The position numbers and the translations under genes are program-made. Below the pieces are notes generated by a model. It worked only from the letters and a program-made list of their open reading frames with translations. It ran no database searches and had not been told where the DNA came from. A stretch of DNA of 62,726 nucleotides, filler included. It is 7 parts of 7 records of this genome, joined end to end, with 100 filler letters (N's around TTAATTAATTAA, not from the genome) between each part and the next. Parts side by side here need not be neighbours in the genome. Positions count along the whole stretch, not along the records: positions 1 to 10,914 come from SRR31156797_54334; 6 more parts are not named here. The stretch is one strand, 5' to 3'. Positions 1-8,302 of the stretch are shown one piece after another. The number at the start of each line of letters is the position of its first letter. Position 1 is the first letter of the stretch.

Positions 1-2
1 GC

Positions 3-275
3 ATCCATTTCAGGGACCGGCCCCTTGCCAAGGTGGGGGTCTATGCGGTGCGGCAGAACCGGGTGCTGTTTCACAACCTCCTGGCCCGTCTCACGGGGGA
101 GGCCCTTGTTCCCTTTGATCCGGGGGGCGATTACCTGGCTGTCCTGAACCTGGGCAGCGGCCGGGGGATGCTGATAAAAGGACGGCTGATGCTCTCCGGT
201 CCCCTGGCGTTTCGGATCAAGGATTTCATCGACCGTCGCTTCATGAAACGATTCCAGGCGCTCCAAGGTTCCTGA
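3..275 (+). CDS. C-terminal fragment of an FAD-dependent pyridine nucleotide-disulfide oxidoreductase (NDH-2-like, SelD-associated type), 5'-truncated
   Basis: Frame open from the window edge. PLAKVGVYAVRQ ... YLAVLNLG ... KDFIDRRFMKRF is the typical C-terminus of this family. Confidence 0.75.
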   Translation: MHFRDRPLAKVGVYAVRQNRVLFHNLLARLTGEALVPFDPGGDYLAVLNLGSGRGMLIKGRLMLSGPLAFRIKDFIDRRFMKRFQALQGS

Positions 276-288
276 AAGCTGGGAAGAC

Positions 289-317
289 GCGCCTGCCCGC
301 AGACGGCGGGCAGGCGC
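289..317. terminator. Perfect 12-bp GC hairpin between convergent genes
   Basis: GCGCCTGCCCGC-AGACG-GCGGGCAGGCGC between the stops at 275 and 322. No U-tract. Confidence 0.6.
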
Positions 318-321
318 TGGA

Positions 322-1635
322 TTATTGGTCGCCCAAGGCCCTGTCCAGATCGGCCAGGGAGGCCATATAGCCGTAGAGGGCCTGGTAATAGTTGGTATCG
401 GCCCGGGTCAGGAAGGAGCGGGCGTCCAGCACATCGCTGGACGTTGCCACCTGCTGGGCATACTGCACATTGGTGATCCTGTAGTTTTCCCGGGCCTGGC
501 CCAGGGATTGTCTGGCTGTTTTGATGTTTTTCCGGGCAACCTCTATGTTCAGCAGGGCATTCTTCACCTCCAGCCGGACAGTGTTCTCCATCCCCCGTAT
601 CTTTTCCTGAAGGGCGTTTTTATCATGCCGGGCCTTTCTTACCTTGGACCCTGTTTTCCCCCAGTCAAAAAAGGTCCACTCGGCCTGGAGGGAGAGGCTT
701 GAATTGTGGCTGTTGGTGTAGTCGTTGTCCGTGGCTTCGACCCCATCCCCGTTCTGTTCGTACCTGCCCACTAGGGAGATGGTCGGGTAACGGTTGCTTT
801 TGGCGAGCTTTTCGGAAAGGATGGTTTTGTCGACATTGTTTTGCAGTCCCTGGATCACCGGCCGTTGCTTGACGGCATGCAGGCCGAGGGCTTCCGGGTC
901 GAAACGGGGTTCTGGGACCGCTTCAATATCCTGTACGCTTACCAGGCGGTTGATATCGGTGTCCATGAGGGTGTTCAAAAGGGCCATGGCGCTTTTGACA
1001 TTTGCCCCGGCTTTTTCCCGGGCCTGGATGGAATCGGCCAGGGCCACCTCCGACCGCAACAGGTCGTTCCGGGGGATCAGCCCCTGCTTGTAAAATTGCC
1101 GGGCTTCATCCCTGTGGGCGGTGAGGGAGGTCACTTCCCCGTCGGCCACCATGAGCATCTTTTGGGTCAATAGAAGGTTATAGCAGGCCTTTTTCACATT
1201 CTGGGCAAGGTCGAGGGTATCCATCTCCCGCTCGATCTTTCGGTCCTTGACCCCGAGTTTTGCAAGATCCAGTTGGGTGGTCAGGGCAAACCCCGTAAAC
1301 AGCGGCTGTGCCAGGGTCAGATCCCATTGGTACTGGTTGGTGTGCCCGGCCGGAACAGTACCCTGGGCCGTTTTCTGAACCGGTGTTTTATCTAAGCCCG
1401 TGTAGGAGTAGTTCAGGGTGGCCGTTGTAAAAAGGTCCGCCCGTGAGGTGTTTACCGCTTCGTGTTCTCCCGCGATGGTTTCCGCCGCCTCTTTCAGGTC
1501 CGGGCTTCGCAGGATCGCCTCTTTTACCGCCTCGTCCACGGAAAACGATACCGCCGGCGCTTTTGCCGAAACAGGCACCGGCGTTACCAGCACCATCCAC
1601 CCCAGGATTACCAAACAGAACTTTTTCATTGTCAT
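322..1635 (-). CDS. TolC-family outer membrane efflux protein
   Basis: Signal peptide, two OEP repeats (LTLAQPLFTG; LQAEWTFFDWG), last gene of the MFP-RND operon. Confidence 0.9.
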   Translation of the reverse strand: MTMKKFCLVILGWMVLVTPVPVSAKAPAVSFSVDEAVKEAILRSPDLKEAAETIAGEHEAVNTSRADLFTTATLNYSYTGLDKTPVQKTAQGTVPAGHTNQYQWDLTLAQPLFTGFALTTQLDLAKLGVKDRKIEREMDTLDLAQNVKKACYNLLLTQKMLMVADGEVTSLTAHRDEARQFYKQGLIPRNDLLRSEVALADSIQAREKAGANVKSAMALLNTLMDTDINRLVSVQDIEAVPEPRFDPEALGLHAVKQRPVIQGLQNNVDKTILSEKLAKSNRYPTISLVGRYEQNGDGVEATDNDYTNSHNSSLSLQAEWTFFDWGKTGSKVRKARHDKNALQEKIRGMENTVRLEVKNALLNIEVARKNIKTARQSLGQARENYRITNVQYAQQVATSSDVLDARSFLTRADTNYYQALYGYMASLADLDRALGDQ

Positions 1636-1703
1636 ACTTTTCTCACTATATGGGGTCAGGCTTTCCGTATTGTAGGAAGAAACGCCCGACCTCGTTCATC
1701 ATG

Positions 1704-1743
1704 AAGACCGCCTTTCGTGTGTGGAGATCCGGGAGGCGGTCTT
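1704..1743. other. Intergenic hairpin between the RND and TolC genes
   Basis: AAGACCGCCTTTCG ... CGGGAGGCGGTCTT inverted repeat. Possible mRNA stabiliser or partial terminator. Confidence 0.5.
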
Positions 1744-1748
1744 GCGTT

Positions 1749-4700
1749 CTAAGCCGAAACGGTTTTTATCCTGAAAAACAGGGTGTAAAGCACCGGCACC
1801 ACGATCAGGGTCAAAAGGGTGGCAAAGGCCAGGCCGAACATGATCGTGACCGCCATGGAGGAGAACATGGGGTCGGTCATCAGGGGGATCATGCCCAGGA
1901 TGGTTGTGGCCGACGCCATCATGACCGGGCGCATCCTTGTCATGCAGGAGTCTTTTACGGCGGCCAGGGGATCTTTTCCCTCCCTGATCTCCAGATCGAT
2001 CTGATCGATGAGCACCACCGCGTTCTTGATGAGCATGCCGATCAGGCTGTAGGCCCCCAGCAGGGCCAGGAAACCGAACGCCTCACCGGTGACAAAGAGG
2101 CCGAAGGCAATGCCCACCACGGCAAAGGGCACCAGGAGGGCGATGATCAGGGGCTGCCTGAACCCGTTGAAAAGGGTCACCAGGATAAACACCATCAAGA
2201 GCAGGGCCAGGGGGAAGAATTTCTGAACCCCTTCGTTGCCTGACTTGGACAGGTCATACTCTCCGTCCCATTCGAGGGTGTAGCCCTTGGGCAGGGGGAT
2301 CGCCTCTATCCGGGGCCTGAGTTCGTTGAACAGGCTGTCCGAGGTGACGCCGGGGACCGTATCGCACTGGGCGGTGATGGCCCGCCTTCGGTTGAACCGG
2401 CGTACCAGGGGATCCTCCCAGGTGATGTCCGATGAGGTCACGACCTGGTCCAGGGGCACCGACTGGTTGCCCGGGCCCCACACTGGGGTATTGTCCAGCC
2501 CGGCCAGGGGGGCGGTTTGGGAGGAGACCTTGAGGCAGACCGGAAGCAGGTTGTCATCCTCGCGAAAGTAGGAGACCGGCTGACCGTCATGGATCTGTTT
2601 CATGGCGTTGGCCAGGTGTTCCCGTTCCACCCCGGCCTTCCGGGCCTTGTTCTGGGAATAGCTGTGGGTGAGCACCTGGACCCGCTGGCGCCAGTCGTCC
2701 CGGATATTTTTGGCGTTGGGGTTTTCCGCCATGATGCCTTGGGCCTTTTGGGACAGTTCCCGGAGCACCAGGGGATCGGGGCCTGAAAACCGGGCCTCCA
2801 CCTTGAAGTCTGCGCTGGGGCCGTTGATGTAGACCGAAAACTGGGGGTCCGCATCCGGGAAATGGGCGGCGATCCAGGTTTCAAGGGTGGGAATGAGTTC
2901 CCGGATTTTTTTGTAGTCATGGACATTCACGATCAGCTGGCCATAGGCGGGATTTTCCGTTTCCGGTTCAATGGAGGTGATGTACCGCGGACCGCCGGAA
3001 CCGATGGTGGTGGCGTAATTCTTAATTTCCGGCATCCGGGCAAGATGGGCCTCGATCTCCTTCAAATCACTTGAGACCTGCTCGATCCGGGCGCCCTGGG
3101 GCAGCCAGTAATCGATAAAGAACTGGGCCTTGTCCGAGTCGGCGAAAAACATCTTCGGCACATGCTTGAACGCCATGCCGGATGAGACCATGAGCAGAAC
3201 CAGCAGCCCCAGCACAAGGATGCGGTGCCTGAGGGAGAAATCCAGGATCCGCCTGTAAAGTCTATACACCCGTCCCCCATGGGGATCCTTCTCGGTTGCC
3301 CCTTTGTTGGTCTTCAGGAGCATGTGGTTGAACACCGGCGCCTGGCACATGGCAAGGATCCATGAGAGCAGCAGGGCGATGGCCACCACCTGGAACAGGG
3401 AGGCGCAATATTCACCGGAATTGGTAGGGCTCAGATAGATGGGCAAAAATGCGAGGCAGGCGATAAAGGTGGCCCCCAACAGCGGCCATGCGGTCTCCAT
3501 GGCCGGGGTGATCATGGAAAAGAGCCGGTCTTTTCCCTTCTGGAGGTAGACCAGGGAGCCGTCCGTGACCACAATGGAGTTGTCCACGATCATTCCCATC
3601 ACAAGGATCAGGGCCGCAAGGGAGATCCGCTGGAGATCGATGCCAAAGAACAGCATCACCACCAGGGTCCCCAGGATGGAGAGCACCAGGCCGCTTGCGA
3701 TGAGAAGGCCGCTCCGGATGCCCATGGTGATGAGAAGCACCCCCACCACGATGGCCACCGATTCCAGGAGGTTCACCACAAAGTTTTTGATGGCCCCCTT
3801 CACAAAGGTGGACTGGTAGTAGATCCCCTGGAGGTCCACCCCCACGGGCAGGTCGGCCATGAGCTCATCGATCCGTTTCTGGACCGCGTCCCCCATGGTC
3901 ACCACATTGGCCCCGTTGGCGGCGGAGATGGCAATGCCGATGGCGGGCTTCCCGTTGAACCGCATCATGGGCTCGGGGGGCTCCACATAGCCCTTGGTCA
4001 CGGTGGCAAGATCCTTTAAAAGGAACGACTCACCGTTCCCGGCCTGGATCACGAGGTTTTCGATCTCCTCGATGGATTTGAAATCCCCGGGGGTCGCCAC
4101 CCGGATCCGGCGGGTGGCGGTCTCCACGGCACCCGCATCCAGCACCTTATTCTGGCTGCTCAATATCTCCAGGACCTGGGCCGGATGGATGCCAAGATCG
4201 GCAATGCGCGATCTGGAGATCTCCACATACACGGCCTGGGTGCGGTCCCCGAACAGTTGAATCCGTGAGACATCCTTTACGAGCAGGAGCTCCCGTTTCA
4301 GGTAATCGGCGTACTTTTTCAGTTCCGCATTGTCATATCCCTCCCCGGTCAGGGCCAGGAAGATGCCGTAGACATCCCCGTAGTCATCCACCACCTGGGA
4401 GGGCATCGCCCCCTGGGGCAGTTCCCCCTGCACCCCGTTGACTTTCCGGCGGAGCATGTCCCAGAGCTGCTGGACCTGGGCGGTTCTGTTCTTCTCATTG
4501 AGGTCGACAAACACCAGGGATAGGCCGGCCTGGGAGATGGAGTGGATTTCGTCCACCTCATCGGCCGACTGGGCGGCCTTCTCGATCACATCGGTCACCT
4601 GCTGCTCCACGTCATGGGGGGAGGCGCCGGGCCAGGCCGTGACGATCACCGCCGTCTTGATTGTAAAGACAGGGTCTTCCAGTTTCCCCAGTTTAAAATA

Positions 4701-4784
4701 GGCGGACAGACCGCCCACCACGAGCATCACCATGGTAAAGAGCACCACGGCCTTGTATTTGATTGAATATACCGGTAGCTTCAC
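1749..4784 (-). CDS. AcrB/AcrD/AcrF-family RND permease
   Basis: 1011 aa. WPGASP..VEQQVT, GMIVDNSIVV (proton-relay Asp), KNAVVLID, RMRPVMM motifs. GTG start. Confidence 0.95.
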   Translation of the reverse strand: MKLPVYSIKYKAVVLFTMVMLVVGGLSAYFKLGKLEDPVFTIKTAVIVTAWPGASPHDVEQQVTDVIEKAAQSADEVDEIHSISQAGLSLVFVDLNEKNRTAQVQQLWDMLRRKVNGVQGELPQGAMPSQVVDDYGDVYGIFLALTGEGYDNAELKKYADYLKRELLLVKDVSRIQLFGDRTQAVYVEISRSRIADLGIHPAQVLEILSSQNKVLDAGAVETATRRIRVATPGDFKSIEEIENLVIQAGNGESFLLKDLATVTKGYVEPPEPMMRFNGKPAIGIAISAANGANVVTMGDAVQKRIDELMADLPVGVDLQGIYYQSTFVKGAIKNFVVNLLESVAIVVGVLLITMGIRSGLLIASGLVLSILGTLVVMLFFGIDLQRISLAALILVMGMIVDNSIVVTDGSLVYLQKGKDRLFSMITPAMETAWPLLGATFIACLAFLPIYLSPTNSGEYCASLFQVVAIALLLSWILAMCQAPVFNHMLLKTNKGATEKDPHGGRVYRLYRRILDFSLRHRILVLGLLVLLMVSSGMAFKHVPKMFFADSDKAQFFIDYWLPQGARIEQVSSDLKEIEAHLARMPEIKNYATTIGSGGPRYITSIEPETENPAYGQLIVNVHDYKKIRELIPTLETWIAAHFPDADPQFSVYINGPSADFKVEARFSGPDPLVLRELSQKAQGIMAENPNAKNIRDDWRQRVQVLTHSYSQNKARKAGVEREHLANAMKQIHDGQPVSYFREDDNLLPVCLKVSSQTAPLAGLDNTPVWGPGNQSVPLDQVVTSSDITWEDPLVRRFNRRRAITAQCDTVPGVTSDSLFNELRPRIEAIPLPKGYTLEWDGEYDLSKSGNEGVQKFFPLALLLMVFILVTLFNGFRQPLIIALLVPFAVVGIAFGLFVTGEAFGFLALLGAYSLIGMLIKNAVVLIDQIDLEIREGKDPLAAVKDSCMTRMRPVMMASATTILGMIPLMTDPMFSSMAVTIMFGLAFATLLTLIVVPVLYTLFFRIKTVSA

Positions 4785-4832
4785 TTATAAAAACCCTTTA
4801 ACCTAACTAATACGAAAATCAAAGATAAGAAC

Positions 4833-5984
4833 CTATAACAGTTTGCCGACATTGGTCCTGGACGCCTGTTCCAGAATCCGTGTTGTCTGACCCGCTTTCA
4901 AAAAACTCGCCCCTGCCGTCACCACCCACTCACCGGCATGGAGGTCGCCCTTCACCAGGATGCCCCCATGGGTGAAATCACCTGTTTTTACATATCGCTT
5001 TGAGACCTTTCCTGTCTTTTCATCCACCGTCCAGACAAAGGTTTTCCGTTGGCTGTCATTCACAATGGATTGAGCCGGTACTGAAAAACCGGCCGCGTCG
5101 CCGTTTCCGGCAATGGAGACCGTCACCTCGGCCGACATGCCCGGCCGGATCGATGCACTCTCCTCCGGGTTCAGGATCAGGGTGAGGGGATAGGTGTGAT
5201 TGGAGGGGTTGGGCTTTTTTCCCACCTCCTTGAGGGTGGCGGTAAACGTATTTTGGGGCATGGATTCAAAGGTGCACCGGTAATGGGTGAACCGGTCCAC
5301 CTGTCCGACCAGATTTTCGGGAATCCCGATCTCAACCTCCATGGTTGAAAGATCCACCACCGAGAAGATCGGCTGGCCCTGGGCCACGGTTTCAAAATTT
5401 TCCACCAGCTTGTCGTGAATGAAGCCGGTAAACGGGGCGGTCAGGACCGTATCCGTATGGGCGTTCCGGGCCGCCTCCAGGTTCTTCATGTCCGCGTCCA
5501 CCTGGGCCTGGGCCATCTCAAACGTCGCCTTGACCTGGTCATAGGTGGCTTTGGCCGCGGCATTCTCCTTGACCAGATGGATATACCGCTCATACTGAAG
5601 CCTGGATTCCGTGAGCTTTGCCCGGGAAGCAACAAGCTTTGCCTTGAGGGCCTTGACCTGCACCCGGAAATCCCTCGGGTCGATGCGGGCAAGAACATCC
5701 CCCCGGGTCACCTTGTCGCCGGTATCCCCGTTGAGGGCCACAAGGGGACCTGCCACCCGGAAGGCAAGGTTCACCTCCCGGGTGGCCCGGGCACTGCCGG
5801 GAAAGGTGCGCACCGAGGTGCACAGGGGGGCGGCCAGGCAAATCGCCTTCACCGGCCTCACCTGTTCCGCCACGGCCCTGGCATCGGCCCCCGCATCCGT
5901 GCAGCCCGCGATGCCCGGCATCATCAAAGCCATCAAAAGGGCCATCAGCCCGAACTCTTTTTTAATTACGCTCTTTTTTTTCAT
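4833..5984 (-). CDS. RND periplasmic adaptor (membrane fusion protein), probable lipoprotein
   Basis: LAFRVAG, G..V..GDVLARID, LTAPFTG, RPGMSAEV motifs. IAGC lipobox-like site. Confidence 0.93.
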   Translation of the reverse strand: MKKKSVIKKEFGLMALLMALMMPGIAGCTDAGADARAVAEQVRPVKAICLAAPLCTSVRTFPGSARATREVNLAFRVAGPLVALNGDTGDKVTRGDVLARIDPRDFRVQVKALKAKLVASRAKLTESRLQYERYIHLVKENAAAKATYDQVKATFEMAQAQVDADMKNLEAARNAHTDTVLTAPFTGFIHDKLVENFETVAQGQPIFSVVDLSTMEVEIGIPENLVGQVDRFTHYRCTFESMPQNTFTATLKEVGKKPNPSNHTYPLTLILNPEESASIRPGMSAEVTVSIAGNGDAAGFSVPAQSIVNDSQRKTFVWTVDEKTGKVSKRYVKTGDFTHGGILVKGDLHAGEWVVTAGASFLKAGQTTRILEQASRTNVGKLL

Positions 5985-6300
5985 GGTCGGTTTCCTTTTT
6001 CATCAAATCCATTGTCCATACGGAGTGGGTTACAAGCCCCAGGGCGCCAAACGCCTCGGCAATGGCCAGGCCAAGCCGGGTTTTGGACGGCGGGGCACCC
6101 AGCCTGTTCCGGTAAAGATAAATGGACCAGTCTGTTTCAACATGATTTTTCACATACAGCTCGGTCGCCACAGCGTCATCCGGGTCCAGAGCGCTTCCGG
6201 CGCTCACCTCCCTGAAAATGTCACGGACCACCTCCCGGTGTCCGATATTGAAAAGCCTGACACTGACAATTTCGATCCAGCTGTTTGTTCTTTTTTCCAT
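5962..6300 (-). CDS. Hypothetical 112-aa protein, first gene of the efflux operon
   Basis: ATG with GGAG RBS directly downstream of a sigma54 promoter. Overlaps the MFP start. Confidence 0.7.
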   Translation of the reverse strand: MEKRTNSWIEIVSVRLFNIGHREVVRDIFREVSAGSALDPDDAVATELYVKNHVETDWSIYLYRNRLGAPPSKTRLGLAIAEAFGALGLVTHSVWTMDLMKKETDHEKKERN

Positions 6301-6340
6301 TTACATATCTCCAGCCCGTTGTTTCATAGGCTGGTGTTTT

Positions 6341-6357
6341 TGCCAGAACCGTGCCAA
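6341..6357 (-). promoter_or_regulatory. Sigma54 -24/-12 promoter of the efflux operon
   Basis: Minus strand reads TTGGCACGGTTCTGGCA, which is GG-N10-GC, about 40 nt upstream of the 6300 ATG. Confidence 0.85.
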
Positions 6358-6431
6358 GGTGGTATTGCGTGAACTTTCAGGAGGTTATGTTTCTGTCTTG
6401 TTTCAAAGTTCCGGATATGGTAGTTTTGGGG

Positions 6432-6474
6432 TTTCGTATTTGGCAGAAATTGGGTGGTCCTGCCAAATATGGCA
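6432..6474. promoter_or_regulatory. Paired enhancer (UAS) sites for the adjacent sigma54 activator
   Basis: TTTCGTATTTGGCA (6432-6445) and near-palindromic TGCCAAATATGGCA (6461-6474), roughly 80-120 nt upstream of the sigma54 promoter. Confidence 0.6.
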
Positions 6475-6493
6475 GTTGAAACGGGAGTCTTTT

Positions 6494-8050
6494 ATGAAAA
6501 CAGATGATATGGATTTTTTTCACCAGGCCACCATGCGGATCTGCGGCAGCCTGAATATCGATACGGTGCTGGACAGATCTTTGGCCTATCTCAAGGATTT
6601 CATGCCGGGCGATGGCATGAACATGCAGATTTACGATGCTGAAGCCCAATGCGTTGTGAAGGTTGCCATGACGGAATTATTGGGTTTTGATTCCATTGAA
6701 TCCCCCATCCCCATTGCGGGTCGGGCCAGGGAATTTGTGGAAAGGGAAAAGGGCGGGCCGGTTGAGATCATTAACCACCTTGAAAAGCATGTTGTGGGCC
6801 GCTATATGTGGGAGGCCCTGGGCAGACATCCCATGTCCTCCATGGTGCTTCGCCTTGTTATCGAGGGGGAGGTGCTTGGGGTGGTCGCGATCCTTGCCAA
6901 AGGGTTGGACCGGTATACCCCGGAGCATGCCAGGCTTTTCAGCCTGCTCCATGACCCCTTTGCCGTGGCCCTGGCCAACACCTTGAAGCACCAGGAGGTG
7001 CTCAGGCTCCAGGAGCTGCTCGCCGATGACAACCGGTATCTGAACCGGCAGCTTCACCATATTTCGGGGGATGAGATCATCGGCGCCAATTTCGGTTTGA
7101 AGAATGTGATGGAGCAGGTGAGGCTGGTGGCTCCTCTTACCAGTGTCGTGCTGCTCCTGGGAGAGACCGGTGTGGGCAAGGAGGTGATCGCCAATGCCAT
7201 TCACTACTCCTCCCCCCGGGCCAACGGGCCCTTTATCAAGGTCAACTGCGGCGCCATCCCGGAAAGCCTCATGGACAGCGAATTGTTCGGCCACGAAAAG
7301 GGGGCCTTCACCGGCGCCCTTGGGCGGAAACGGGGCCGCTTTGAACGGGCGGACAAGGGCACCATTTTTCTGGATGAGATCGGGGAGCTGCCCCCCCAGG
7401 CCCAGGTGCGCCTTCTTCGGGTCATTCAGAACAGGGAGGTGGAGCGGGTGGGGGGAACCGCCCCGATCCCGGTGGATATCCGGATCATCGCGGCCACCCA
7501 CCGGAATCTCGAAGAGATGATCCACCTGGGCAAATTCCGGGAAGATCTCTGGTTTCGGCTCAATGTGTTTCCCATCACCATCCCGCCCCTGCGTCACCGG
7601 AAATCGGATATTCCGGCCCTCACCTTTCACTTCATGGAGAAAAAAGCCCGGGAGCTGAACTTCAGGGAACGGCCGGTACCGGCCCCGGGGGCCCTGGAGC
7701 GGCTTCAGGCCTACGATTGGCCCGGCAATGTCAGGGAGCTGGAGAACCTGGTGGAACGGTCCATGATTCAAAACATGACCGGAATGGCGGGAGCGCATCT
7801 CAGTTTTGAGGAGATGCTTCCCGGACGGCCGGAAAAGAACATACCGGAAGCCCACCGGCCCGTACCGGGGCCGTTGCTTCTGGATGAAGCCATGAAAGCC
7901 CATATCACGGCGGTGCTTGAGATGACCGGCGGAAAAGTGCAGGGAAAGAAGGGGGCTGCCGCGCTTTTGGGCATCAACCCCAGCACCCTGAGGAACCGGA
8001 TGAAAAAGCTGAACATCCCCTATGGACGGAAAGCCGGGCCCAGGGCCTGA
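6494..8050 (+). CDS. GAF + AAA+ + Fis-HTH sigma54-dependent activator (FhlA/NifA-like)
   Basis: [40 protein letters not shown]-terminal HTH. Likely start is ATG 6494 (MKTDDMDFF), not 6218. Confidence 0.95.
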   Translation: MKTDDMDFFHQATMRICGSLNIDTVLDRSLAYLKDFMPGDGMNMQIYDAEAQCVVKVAMTELLGFDSIESPIPIAGRAREFVEREKGGPVEIINHLEKHVVGRYMWEALGRHPMSSMVLRLVIEGEVLGVVAILAKGLDRYTPEHARLFSLLHDPFAVALANTLKHQEVLRLQELLADDNRYLNRQLHHISGDEIIGANFGLKNVMEQVRLVAPLTSVVLLLGETGVGKEVIANAIHYSSPRANGPFIKVNCGAIPESLMDSELFGHEKGAFTGALGRKRGRFERADKGTIFLDEIGELPPQAQVRLLRVIQNREVERVGGTAPIPVDIRIIAATHRNLEEMIHLGKFREDLWFRLNVFPITIPPLRHRKSDIPALTFHFMEKKARELNFRERPVPAPGALERLQAYDWPGNVRELENLVERSMIQNMTGMAGAHLSFEEMLPGRPEKNIPEAHRPVPGPLLLDEAMKAHITAVLEMTGGKVQGKKGAAALLGINPSTLRNRMKKLNIPYGRKAGPRA

Positions 8051-8066
8051 CCGCTTGGGAATCTTC

Positions 8067-8096
8067 TTGACACGGGGGCGCCCAACACATTAATAT
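8067..8096 (+). promoter_or_regulatory. Putative sigma70 promoter
   Basis: TTGACA (8067-8072), 18-nt spacer, TAATAT (8091-8096). Confidence 0.5.
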
Positions 8097-8302
8097 TTCA
8101 AGAAATGGTCGCCGGCCTTGATCCTGAACGCCGGAGCCAGATACCAGTCATTGGGTGACCCCATCGCGTCACAGGGTCACACGGGCGGATCCATATCGCC
8201 CGCTTCCTGTCAAGATCGATCACATTCCGCCTTTGTCAGGCCCTCTCCCTATGGCGGGGCCGGCGAAAACAGGCGATGGACCGAAGCCTTCATGGGGGCA
8301 GT

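Noticed and set aside
273-317. TGA followed by a hairpin as a selenocysteine codon with SECIS
   Set aside because: The protein already ends at the usual family C-terminus, and the hairpin is a perfect GC stem between convergent genes.
6218-6493. Longer 610-aa version of the sigma54 activator
   Set aside because: The extension overlaps the opposite-strand gene, promoter and UAS. The paralog begins at the equivalent of Met 6494.
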